A stretch of DNA of 64,000 nt. Origin: Mobula hypostoma (taxonomy: Eukaryota). The position numbers and the translations under genes are program-made. Position 1 is the first letter of the stretch. Every line of letters starts with the position of its first letter. Where the stretch lies: positions 108,378,001 to 108,442,000 of the forward strand of contig NC_086108.1 in assembly GCF_963921235.1 (NCBI RefSeq), written 5' to 3'. A model generated the notes under the pieces. That model was not told the DNA's origin. It worked only from the letters and a program-made list of their open reading frames with translations, and ran no database searches. This document shows positions 38,115 to 50,842 of the stretch, piece by piece.

Positions 38115-39171
38115 GTAAGAGATGTGAAAGTGTCACAGGCAGAAATAAGTGTGGTTGCTATTACTAAGGAGGAGGTGCTTAGGAAGCTGAAAAGTCATGT
38201 GAACGTACTTCCTGTACTGAATAAAGTGGCCACTAAGTGTATGTTTGTGGTCTTCTGCTGCTGTAGTCCATCAAGGTTTGACATGCTGTGTTTTCAGAGA
38301 TGCTCTCTGCACACCACTGTTGTAACACGTGATTACTTGAGTTACTGTTGCCTTCTTGTCAGCTTGAACCAGTCTGGCCATTCTTCTCTAACCTCTGTCA
38401 TTAACAAGGCATTTTTGCCCACAGAACGGCCGCTCACTAGGTACTTGTTGAACTACTCTCTGTAAACTCTAGAGAGCAAATGCAAATCCCAGGAGATCAG
38501 TAATTTCTGAGATACTCAAACCACCCCATCTGGCACCAATAATCATTCAACATAGTCACTTAGATCACATTTCTTCCCCATTCTGGTATGTGATCTGAAC
38601 AAAAAATGAACCTTTTGATCATGTCTGCGTGCTTTTATGCATTGAGATGTTGCCATGGGATTGGCTGATTAGATATTGTATTGATGTACAGGTGTACCTA
38701 ATAAAGTCACCACCGACTGTATGCTAACATTTTTGCCAATCGGTGTAAAGTGATACAAGTGATAAAGGGTCAGTAAAAAAGGTTGATGTTCCTCGTCCTC
38801 TGTTGGTAAGAAAGATTTTTGGGCTGGTTCTCCATTCGAACAATGGGTGTGAACAGTTCTCGTCAATGTGGAAAGGTTAAAGTTATTAATATCACACGGC
38901 TGCATTTTAATTCAAGAGAAATCTGTTGCCTAAAGTGAAGGTCATTGATCTGAGTGGGAGAAAGAAGCATTCTTCATATCAGCAACCCACATAGCTGGCT
39001 GGAATGGAGCTAGAATGTAAAAGGAGAGATCATACTTAATCTGCTTACTGGCGGAGACAGCTGTAGTATTAATGGTTAAAAGCTGCTATTAGGCTGTGTC
39101 TTTTAAAGTGGCATTTATGTAGGTTTTAACCTAATCAGCTTTATGCTTTTTTTCTCTCTCTCTCTCCCCAG

Positions 39172-39340
39172 GTCCTGGGTTATGGGTGCCTTTGCTCTTC
39201 TCTGTTTGCTTGGCTTGGCTTGGGGATTTGGTTTGCTTTTCATCAACGAGGAGTCCATTGTCATGGCCTATCTCTTCACAATCTTCAACACTTTCCAGGG
39301 GATGTTTATTTTTATATTTCACTGTGCTCTGCAGAAAAAG
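39172..39340 (+). CDS. ADGRL2: ADGRL2 coding exon, TM6-TM7 (169 nt)
   Basis: ccccag|G TCC TGG ... AAA AAG|gtaagt; encodes [56 protein letters not shown]. Confidence 0.97.
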
Positions 39341-42300
39341 GTAAGTGACTGTCCAGTCCTGGGAACAGGGTTTGTTCGTAAAAATGCAAAAATTCAGCAG
39401 GTTGGGCAGCATCTAGAGAGAGAAACAGTTAATGCCTCGAGTCTATAAATATTTCTGCTTTGTCAGGGTTCAGATAGTGACCTAAATAGAGAGAGGAGAG
39501 TATGTATTGTTAAAAGTACATACATGGATAAACACACATACAGACGCAGAGAGACACATATGCACATGCGCAGACACAGAGACACATACACAGACATGAA
39601 TGTGCACACAAACACAAATGCACACGCAGACACATGCACATACATGAAGACACTCACATGCTTATATGCATGCACGCACACGTAGACACATACATGGACA
39701 CACACATACATAAAATCTTACACATTATTTAAAATTCAAAGTATGTATATGTCACCATAAACAGCTCTGAGATTCATTTTCTTGTGGGCATTCACAGTAG
39801 AACAAAGAAATACAATAGAATCAATGAAAATCTACACACAAAGACTGATAAACAACCAAAAAGAGCAAAAGGTAAACTGTACAAGTGAACAAAATAACAC
39901 TGAGAACATGAGTTTGTTACACTTGCACACCGAAAAAGAATCACAAGCATTTCCGTGAAAATATCAAAGATACTCCTGTGTCCCATGTCCTCTGAGAAAC
40001 GGAGATGAAACCCATGTCTCATCTTACCAGATATAACGTTTGTTAGACCCTCACAGTCCAATGAAATACTGATTAGTAGGTTAATTAGTCATTGTAAATT
40101 GCCCTGTGATTAGGTTAGGGTTAAATCGGTGGGTTGCTAGGCAGCGCTGCTCAAAGGGCTGAAAGGCCCATTCCACACTGTATCTCTAAATAAATATATA
40201 AATTGTTATTTCCTTTGGAGTTTAACTTTCTTATGCCTGTCTGCATTTTGATAAAATTAGCTGTGCTTTATATCTATGTAGAAACTTTGTTTTACTGGTG
40301 GGTATCACATTACTGGAATAGGGGCTATTTTATTGGTTAATTTAAGAAATGGAATTTAATGTTATCAGCAAACTGGTACAAGAAAACCAAACCACGTTGA
40401 ATTAGTCTCTTTGTCCCTGTCTTCCCCCCACCCCTGCAAGATTTTTGTCTCTTGCCTTTCCTTTCATTTTATTCTTGTAACGCGTAATAAGCAACCAAAA
40501 GCAAAAAGTTTTATGCTTCATTCTTGACTTCTGAAGTACCTCGGATGAAAAACATCAGGATCCAACACCTTTGACCCATTGATCCCTCTCCATCCTCTCT
40601 GCAAACTAACATTAACTTATTTCAGAAGTCCTGTTCAAGCGTCTTGTCCGAAAGGTCGACTGTGCTTTTTTCCCATAGACGCTGCCTGACCTGCTGAGTT
40701 CCTCCATCATTTTCTGTGTGTTGCTCAAGATTTCGGTATTTGCAGAGTTTCTTGTGTTTGTTCATTTGCTTTGGGCCATTCCCAGCTCTGATGAAATATT
40801 GTTCATCTGAGACACCAACTCTATTTCTCCCTTCACAGACACTGTCTGATCTCAAAATTCAAAGTTCAAAGTAAATTTATTATCAAAGTACATATATGTC
40901 ACCATATACTACCCTCAGATTCATTTTCTTGTGGGCATTCACAGTAAATGCAAAGGAACAAAAAAACTAGCAGAATATTAATAGTAAATAAATAAGCAAT
41001 AAATATCAAGAACATGAGATGAAGAGTCCTTGAAAGTGAGCCCATAGGTTATGGGAACAGTTCAATGATGAGGCAAGTGTAGTTGAGTGAAATTATCTTC
41101 TCTGCTTCAAGAGTTAGATGGTTGAGGAGCAATAACAGTTCCTGAACCTGGTGAGTATTTACAGCTTATTAATTTTTTTTATTTCTAGCATCCAGGCTAT
41201 GTTTTGGATCCATTATTAGAACATCATTGGGGCAGCACAGTAGCGTAGTGGTTAGCACTGTGGTTTACAGTACAGCTGACACAGGTTCAATTCCCACCAC
41301 TGTCTGTAATGAGATTGTAAGTACTCCCCAGGTCTCCTCCGGGCGCTCTGGTTTCCTCCCACAGTCCAAAGATGTACCAGTTGGTAGGTTAATTGGTCAT
41401 TGCAAATTGTCCCGTGATTAGGCTAGGATTAAATTGGAGGATTGCTGGGCGGTGTGGTTCAAAGGGCAGGAAGGGCCTATTCCCCACTGTATCACAATAA
41501 GTAAAATTAATTGTGTGAAAATATTGACAGTCCTGTCGTGGTACTTCCCCTCTGCCATCTAATTCCTAAATGGATATTGAACCCGTGAACACTACCTCAC
41601 TGTTTTAATATATATTTTTAAAAAAGTACTAAACCCACACTACCCCATAACCCTCCATTTATCTTTCATCCATGCGCCTGTCCAAGAGGCTCTTAAATAC
41701 CCCTAATGTTTTAACCTCCACTACCATCCCTGGCAAGTCATTCCAGGCACCCACAACCCTCTGTGTCAAAAAACTTACCCCTGATGTCTCCCCTAAACTC
41801 CCCTCCCTTAACTTTGTACATATGCCCTCTGGTGTTTGCTATTCGTGCCCTGGGGAGCAGGTACTGGTTATCCACCCTATCTATGCCTCTCATAATCTTG
41901 TAGACCTCTATCAAGTCCCCTCTCATCCTTATACGCTCCAAAGAGAAAAGTCCCAGCCTTGCTAACCTTGCTAAGACTTGTTTTCCAATCCAGGCAATAT
42001 CCTGGTAAATCTCCTCTGCACCCTCTCCACAGCTTCCACATCCTTCCTATAATGAGGTGACCATAACTGAACACAATACTCTTAAGTGTGGTCTCACCAG
42101 AGATTTGTAGAGTTGCAACATGACCTCTCTACTCTTGAACTCAATCCCCCTATTAATGAAGCCTAGCATCCCATAGACCTTCTTAACTATCCTATCAACC
42201 CATGCGGTGACCTTGAGGGATGTATAGATTTGAACCCCAAGGTCCCTCTGTTCATCCACACTCTTAAGTAACCAACCATTAACCCTGTACTCATCCTTCT

Positions 42301-45300
42301 GGTTTGTCCTTCCAAAATGCATCACCTCACACTTATCCAGATTGAACTCCGTCTGCCACTTTTCTGCCCAACTCTGCATCCTGTCTATATCCTCTTGTAA
42401 CCTTTGACAACCTGCAGCTCCATCCACAACTTCTCTAATCTTCATGTCGTCCGCAAACTTACTCAACCATCCTTCCACCTCTTCATCCAGGTGTATGTCT
42501 GTCCAAGGGTGGTCGTGGTGGCAAGTTCGATAGATGCATCCAAGAGGCTGTTTGATAGGCAATTGAAAGGAAACAGAGAGTGTACAGCCATTGTAATGCC
42601 AGAAGGAAATTCACTCAGTGGCCACTTTATTAGGTACACCTGTACACCTGCTTGTTAATGCAAACACACTAATCAGCCAATCACATGGCAGCAACTTAAT
42701 GCATAAAAGCACACAGACATGGTCAAGAGGTTCAGTTGTTGTTCAGACCAAATATCGGAATGGGGAAGGAATGTGATTTAAATTGTCTTTGGAATGATTG
42801 TTGGTGCAAGACAGGGTGGATTGATTATCTCAAAAACTGCTGATCTCCTAGGATTTTCACTCTAGAGTTTACAGAGAATGGTATAAGAAAACAAAAAAAA
42901 AAAATCCAGTGAGCGCCAGTTCTGTGGGTGAAAACGCCTTGTTAATTAGAGAGGTCAGAGGAGAATGGTCAGATTGTTTCAAGCTGACAGGGAGGTGACA
43001 GTAACTCAAATAATTACACATTACAACAGTGGTGTGCAGAAGAGCAACTTTGAACACACAAGGCGGTCGAACCTTGAAGATGGTGTGCTAGAACAGCAGA
43101 AGTCTACACTGGGTTCTACTCCTGTGCCTAACACAGTGGTCACTGAGTGTAGTTGCAGTTACAAGGTCCAGTACAGATGGACAACTAAAATGCAAGGGCC
43201 TTAATGAGGCAGATTGGGAGATCAAGAGTTCATCTTTCAACACATGAGAGTTCCTTATAATTAGAGGAAACAGGCCAAACACAGGCAAATGGGGCCAGCT
43301 TGGAGAGATACCCTGGTCAGAATGGCCCAGTTGGACCAACAGGCCTGTTAACTGTTTAGGAAGAAACCTTCAATGATTTTGCAATCCACCAGGGAATAAG
43401 GCCAAACATAAAGTGATTTCTTATTGGGAAAGAACATTGCCAGATCCTCAATGTATTTATGTCAAACTTTTATCATGTCAAAACTGTAAATCTGTTTGAT
43501 CTAATGAATGAGGCCTATTTAAAACTGCATTTACAACTAGTTTGTTGACTTTTATTAACAATAGTGAAATGTCTGCCAAGTTCTCCAACAGCACTCTTGG
43601 TAAATGGTCCCTCTTAAAATCAGAGATCTGATCGCAGACAATTTGAAGCCAGCGTCAGCCCGGAGACTTAAGACCTTTAGATGCATACAGGCCTAGTGCT
43701 GGCAAATTGAACCAGTGGTTAGCATGCGCCAGTTGGGCCGAATGGCCTGCTTCGTAAGTTCAAAGTTCAAATTAATTCTATTATCAAAGTACATATATAT
43801 CACCATATATGAACCTAAGATTCATTTTCTTATGGGCATGTCAATAACTCTATAGAATAATATCCATAAGATGACCAATGAAAGACCGTCCAACCAGGGT
43901 GTTCAACCAGAGTGGGAAAGACAACAAACTATGTAAATACAAAAAGAAGAAATAATAATAAATAAATAAGCAATAAATATTGAAAATATGAGATGAGGAG
44001 TCCTTGAAAGAGAGTCCATTGGTTGTCGGAACATCTCAATGATGAGGCAAGTGAAGTTACCCCTTCGGTTCAAGAGCCTGATGGTTGAGGGGTAGTAAAC
44101 GCTGTATACTTCGAGAAACAATAAAATTGTGAAGATTACTAACAGATGTTTGTTTATGACTTAAAAGTTTAATTATATCTTGGAAAGAAAGCAGGAATTT
44201 ATTTATTTGTTTAGAGATACAGCGCGGAATAGGCCTTTCCAGCCCTTCCAGTCATGCTGCCAGCAACCCATGGATTTAAAATCCACAAGATTATGTTTAT
44301 TTTTCTGTCTGCAAGCTGTAAGGAGCGGTTGGACAAACTGGGACTGGTATCTCTAGAGCGTCAAAGACATAAGGGGAGATTTGAAAGATGTTTATTAAAT
44401 TTATGAGAAGCATTAACAGAGAGTCAGAATCTTTTTTCTCGGCATAGAAATGCCAGATAGAGCAGGTTTTGCATTTTTGGCGAGAGGGGATTAAATTAAA
44501 AGAAGATGTACAGGGAAGTTTGCCAGTCTTCTTTTGTTTTAATGGGTTCCATTGTTTTATGGCTGCCTGTAACGAGATGAATCTCAAGGTTGTATATAGT
44601 ATGCATACTTTGATTATAAATGTATTTTGAACTTTGGAGTTTTTTTTTTACACAGAGTGGTAGGTACCTGAAACGAGTTGCCAGGGGTGCTGGAGGAAGC
44701 AGATGTGATGGAGCTGTTTAAGAAGCTGCCAGATAGCTTGAGAGTCAGATAGAATATATGGAGAACGGAGGGATATGGATTATGGAAAAAAGTTTAATCA
44801 ATTAGTAAAGTCAGTTAATTAGAAAAGTTAATTTAACTAATTCAACATTTCATCTTCCACTTTAAATATACCTAATGAATTACCCAGACTCACCACCCTC
44901 TAGTTAAGAAGGTCTATGGTGTGCTAGCCTTTGTTAGTCAGGGATTGGGTTCAAGAGCTGTGCAAGGCAATGTTGCAAATATTAAACACAAGCGATTCTG
45001 CAGATGCTAGAAATCCAGAGCAACAGGCACAAAATGTTGGAGGAACTCAGCAAGTCAGGCAGCATCTATGGAGAGGAATTAACAGTTGATGTTTCAGGTT
45101 ATGGAGCTCAGAAAAATAGAGGGCAATGGGTAACCCTAGGTAATTTCTCAGGTAAAGACATGTTCGGCACAGCTTAGGGGGCCGAAGGGCCTGTATTGTG
45201 CTGTAGGTTTTCTATGTTTCTAAGACCCTTCATCAGGACTGCAGTACAAACTGTGATGCTTTAGCTTCAATGGATCTGGCAGCATCTGTGGATGGGAATA

Positions 45301-45696
45301 TACAGTCGATGTTTCAGGACCAGATCCTTCATGAGTCCTGCTGAAAGGTCTCAGCCCAAAACAGCAACTGTTTATTCCTCTAAACAGGAGATTCTGCTGG
45401 TGCTGGAAATCCAGAGTAACATACAAAATGATGGAGGAACTCAGCAAGACAGATGGCGTGTATGGAGGGAAATAAACAGTCGGCATTTCGTAGAGACCCT
45501 TCATCAGAACCTCTCCATAGATGCTACCTTATCTGCTGAGTTGTTCCAGCATTTCCTGTATGCTAATCGTAACTGATCAGCTGAAGGGTTTGTTCCTTTG
45601 CAGTACTGTTCTATGTTCTATATTCTGCATTCGGTGTTGCATATCAGCTGTGCTTTTCAGTATCCTGTAATCACTCACCACTCTGCTTGTCCGCAG

Positions 45697-45825
45697 GTCC
45701 GCAAGGAATACCTGAAGTGTTTCCGTTACGCCAACTGCTGCGGCAGGCTCACCACCGAGAGCTCGCACAGCTCAGCAAAGCCCTCCACCAACAGGACCAG
45801 TGCCCGCTACTCTTCCGGCAGCCAG
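45697..45825 (+). CDS. ADGRL2: ADGRL2 coding exon, helix 8 / proximal C-tail (129 nt)
   Basis: ccgcag|GTC CGC ... AGC CAG|gtactc; encodes [43 protein letters not shown]. Confidence 0.95.
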
Positions 45826-48800
45826 GTACTCCGACGGGTGACTTACCAGTTTGGTGGTGGGGTACGTGCAGTCTGGGTGGATCAGGGGTCGGAAAGAGTG
45901 GGGTTTAACCAGGACGCCGAAAGTGATTGGAAGGGATGGACACGAAGTTATTACAAGGAAGGAGGATATGGTTTTGACTCAGTTTGTTACGATGGGACGA
46001 AGCATACTGAGGCTGCAGTGGAGTGTTTCCATGAGGGAACTGGATGTGTTCTTCAGGAATGGACGTTAAAATGGAACTGCTTGAGTAGCTTGCTTTCATA
46101 ACAGGGTGCAACCTCTCTGCTGCCTAACTTGAAGGTGCCTTTTCCATGATCTTTCTCCTGATTTTGCTGCACCTATTATGTGAAAATGGTTGGACAATGG
46201 GATCGATGTAAGGGGAGAATTGCCCCAGTACCGTGTTCCTAGAAACAAGCATGTTCTTCTTCTCCCGGCTTTCCTGCAGTAACTTGATGTTCCTGCCAAT
46301 CTCTGTCACTGAACTGCATGTGCATTGTGGAAACTGACCGGCTCTCCCTAACAATGCTGACACGGCTGAGTCTGGCTTGTTACCTAGCCTTCTGTAGACC
46401 GGGCCAGAATGGTCCTCAGTGTGGCAGGTCGAGCGATGTCCAATCTCTGTCTTTTAAACCTTGTTGTTGAACCTGCCTCAACCATAAAACACAGGAGCAG
46501 AATTAGACCACTCAGACCATCGTGTCTGCTCCGCCATTTCAGCATGGCTGATAATTCTCCTCTCGACCCTATTCTCCTGACTTAACCACTAATCTCTGAT
46601 GTCCTGACTTACCAAGAACCTATCAGCCTCCACTGTAAATTTACACAATGAGTTGGCCTTCATAACTGTCTGCGGCGATGAACTGCATAGATTCACCAAT
46701 CTCTGGGGGGGGGGGGGAAAAATTCTTCCTCATCACTGTTCTGAAGGGATGTCATTGTATTCTGAGGCTGTGCCCTCTGGTTCTGGACTCCCCCGCTACA
46801 GGAAACATTCTCTCCACATCCACTTCTATCTAGACTTTCAATATTCAATAGGTTTCAATGAAATCCTTCCTCATTCTTCTACCTTCCAGTGAATTAAGGC
46901 CCAAAGCTATCAAATGTTCCTTATGTGCTAACCCCTTAATTCCCAGAATCATTCTCGTGAACCTCCTCTGAACCCCCTCCAAACATCCTTAGATAAGGGA
47001 CCCAAAACTGCCCACCATACTCCAAGTATGTATACTCACCCACCCACCCTCCTTCTTTTTGGAAAAGTGTCACATCAAGCTACCCGAAATGTGTTGGACA
47101 ATATTATCCAGTAATGCAGCAACATCTCAGTAAATGTTATCAAATTCAAGATTATCTAATGTCTTTTCCAGTAATCCAGTGTAAAGGAAAACAACATAAT
47201 TGTCACTCCATATCCAATGCAGCATATGAAAAACATACTAAGGAAAAGAACACAATAATAAAAAACAAGAAATATAAATATTTAAAATGGCTTTTATACT
47301 GTTCACAGATTGATTATATGTACATAAAAGTGACGCTTAAAATACTAGCTGAGATTGCAAAGTTCAAAGCCACAGTCTTACAACTCCAAGATGTACATGA
47401 GCCAAGTTGGTGAAGTTCCACACCCTTCATTATAAATTATACAGCAGTGATGTCAAAAATGCATGTTTACACCTCTTTCATTTACCCTCGTATTTAATGG
47501 TGCCATTAACACCGGATATTTTAATTTAGCATTGTTACTTTCGAAGAAATCCTACACTTCATTACCAAAGTCAATGGCTCCATAGATTCTGAGCCAACTT
47601 GTTATGTCTCAAACTTGCTCTCTGTTGCTCAGAGCCATACCTTGGATTCTTTTGGTTGGAACTTCTCCATTTCTCAGCCTTCTTTTGGTCGCTCCTAAAC
47701 TGTGGAACGCAATAGCTAAAACTATAAGGGATGCAGACTCAGTTTACACTTTAAACACCAGCTCAAAGCCTATTTATTTAACCCGGTTTTTAAGTAATAT
47801 CTTTTTGTCTTTTGTTTTATATTTCTAGTTTATACCATTGTAAAGCACATTAAATTACATCATTTGTATGAAAAGTGCTCTATAAAAAATTTATTATTGA
47901 ATGTTTCTTCTTTTATGTTCCCAACTCATAACATTTCGTAAAATTGGCTCTCCCACCCCACCCCCACCCTCTGCTCAGTCCCCTCTAGCCTTTCTTGACC
48001 TTGTGGCCTTTTTAGAACAGAGACGAGTAGGAGTTTCTTTAGCCCGAGGGTGGTGAATCTGTGGAATGCATTGCCACAGACAGCAGTGCAGGCAAGGCCA
48101 TTGGGTATATTTAAAGTGGAGGTTGATAGGTTCTTGATTGGTATGGGTGTCAAAGGTTTTGGGGAAATTGGGGTTGAGAGGGAAACTAAATCAGCTATGA
48201 TGAAACGATGCAGCAGGTTCGATGGCCCAATTCTGCTCTTATGTCTTATCAACTTACTTATTTAGTGATACAGCACTGAATAGTCCCACCCAACCCCAGC
48301 AACCCCTGAAAGCCCTGATGTAAACTTAACCCAATGATGGGACAATTTGCAATGACCAAGGAAGCTACCCCATACATTTCTGTGCTGTGGGAGAAAGCCA
48401 AAACACAGAAATCCCACGCATTCCACGGGGAGGGCGTACAGATGACGTCGGGATTCAACTCTGAAATCCAATGCCCTGAGTTATGGGCACGCCTGCATAG
48501 TTTCTTCAGAGTGGCTGGTCAGTCTGTGATGAGGCTCCATGTGTGCTTTATGGGACGTATGTACAGTACTTTGGTCTTAGATTGGAAGGTGGTCTGGATA
48601 AAGTCACCCAGAACATTTTATCCTCATGAATATTTGGGATATATTGATTAGGAAGGTTAAAGTTATTTTGACACATATGCTTACAAACTGGTATCCTTTA
48701 AAGTGTGTCAGTTCCTGCTAGCCTTTGTTGACCATATAGCCTTTTTAGAGGAGAAATATCCTGAGCCAAAGGTTAATGAATCTGCAACATTCATTGCCAG

Positions 48801-50579
48801 AGATGGTTGTGGAGACCAAGTCATTGGGCATATTTAAAGTGGAGGTTGCTTAGTTCTTGATTCGTCAGGGCATCAATGGTTATGTGGAGGGGGCTGGAGA
48901 ATGGGGTTGAGAGGGATAATAAATCACTCATGAGGGAATGGTGGAGCAGACTAAATGGACCAAATGGCCTAATTCTGCTCCCATAGTCTTATGGACCCTC
49001 ACCCGTAGTTTCTTCAGAGTAGCTGGTCAGTCCGTGCTGAGGCTTGATGTGAACTTGTGGGATCCCTGTTAGGATGTATGTATTGTTCATACATTGGAAG
49101 GAGGTCTGGATAAAGCTGGTCACCAGACCATTTCATCCTAATGAGTATTTAGAACATATTGATCAGGAAGTTTTAATTTAACGGCGTTTTATTGACAGAT
49201 GAGTACCCTTTGAAATGTCTCTGCCAGGTTAACTCCCCACCCTCTTACAAGTGCCCAGTTATTATATTGCCTCTCCTGCTTTCAGCCATTCTCCTCAGCC
49301 AGAGAATAGGCGTTAAACATGAATCTAACTGTCCCACTTTGATAACTACATTTTCATGTCTTCCGTACTACCCCGAATAAGTCTATTCAGCCCATTGATT
49401 TCCTAGGAGCAGAATTAGGCTGCTTGGCCCTCTACCCTGCTCCACCATACCAACGTGGCTGATTTATTAATCCCTCAACCACGTTCCCTGACATAAACTA
49501 TGGTGCCCTTACTAATCGAGAGCCTATCAACAGCTGCTTTAAATATCACCAATGACTTGGCCTCCACAGCCATCTGCAGCAATAAGTTTAACTGATTCAC
49601 TACTCTCTGGCTAAAATATATTCCTCTTCATCTCTGTTTAAAAGGGATGTCCTTCTACTCTGAGTCTGTGCCCTCTGGTCTGAGACTCCCTCCACTATAG
49701 GAAAGCTGCACGTCCACTCTATCTAGGCCTTTCAATATTCAATGAGATCCTTCCTCATTCTTCTAAACTCCAGCGAGTACAGGCCCAGACCGATCAAACA
49801 TTCCTCATACATTAACCCTTTCATTCCCAGGATCATTCTCGTGAACCTTCTCTGGGCCTACTCCAATGATAGCACATCCGTAGCTAAAGGGTGCAACACT
49901 GCTCACCATACTCCAAGTGCAGTTGGTCTAATGCCTTGTAAAGCTTCAGCACTGCAGTCTTGCTATTAATTTCTAGTCCAATTGAAATTAATGCTAACAT
50001 TACATTTGCCTTCCTTACCACTAAGTCAACCTTTTGGGAACCCTGCGTGAGATCTTCCAAGTCCCGTTGCAACTCTGAGTTCTGAGTTTGCTCCCCATTT
50101 TGAAGATAGTTTACACCTTTATTCCTTCTGCCAAAATGCATGATCATATACATCCCTATACTATATTCCATTTGCCACTTCTTTGCCCATTCTCCTAATC
50201 TGTCTGAAGTCCTTAAGCAGATTCCCAGCTTCCTTAACCGTACTGGCCCCCACTAATCTTCATATCATCGAAATCAATGACATATGCCAACTGTCAGAAC
50301 ATTCTCATCAGTTCTATTCCCCCATTTATTTCCTTCTTGCCTCTTTTCCTTCTCACTTGATGGACCCTGAAGTGACTGTGATGTCAATGGTTAAACCCTT
50401 TGCTACTGATGGCTGCTATCTTGAATGCAATTCTATAACTTCCTGTACCCCTTATTTATCCCTCTTCAGAGGCCCTGGTCTGTTAAATCTCACACCAATC
50501 CCAGCTGGCTGAATGGCCCTCCTTCCTCATTGTGTCATTCTGCAAAGCAGCAGAATGTCACTACGTGCTAAGGTTATAG

Positions 50580-50842
50580 GTATCCGTTAGTCTTGTGAGA
50601 CCATGGATTTGCACCTTGGAAGGTTTCCAGGGCGCAGGCCTGGGCAAGGTTGTATGGAAGACCAGCAGTTGCCCATCCTGAAAGTCTCCCCTCTCCACGC
50701 CACCAATGTTGTCCAAGGGAAGGGCATTAGGACCCAAACAGCTTGGCACCGGTGTCATTGCAGAGCAATGTGTGGTTAAGTGCCAAGGCTCGAACTAGCG
50801 ACCTTCAAATCACTAGACGAACGCCTTAACCACTTGGCCCCA
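50580..50842 (-). mobile_element. tRNA-headed SINE with RTE-related body and 14-bp TSD
   Basis: Minus-strand head GGGGCCAAGTGGTTAAGGCG...AGTTCGAGCC (A/B boxes); perfect TSD TGCTAAGGTTATAG at 50566-79 and 50843-56. Confidence 0.85.

Noticed and set aside
37332..38465. Long ORFs (206-356 aa) rich in G/E/R or S/P/L
   Set aside because: They are artefacts of the stop-free polypurine minisatellite; only 38071-38114 has exon signals.
25934..39171. A second ICL3 microexon of the YEDN(K/R)PFIK type that might restore frame with the 44-nt exon
   Set aside because: Not found by eye; a diverged copy cannot be excluded without RNA-seq.
45826..46101. Open frame continuing past the exon donor (intron-retention isoform)
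   Set aside because: The extension has no latrophilin similarity and resembles decayed repeat sequence; a chance open frame is sufficient explanation.
50790..50842. tRNA gene
   Set aside because: It is the A/B-box head of a SINE bounded by a TSD, with no complete cloverleaf; the same applies to the V-SINE heads at 13278 and 41229.
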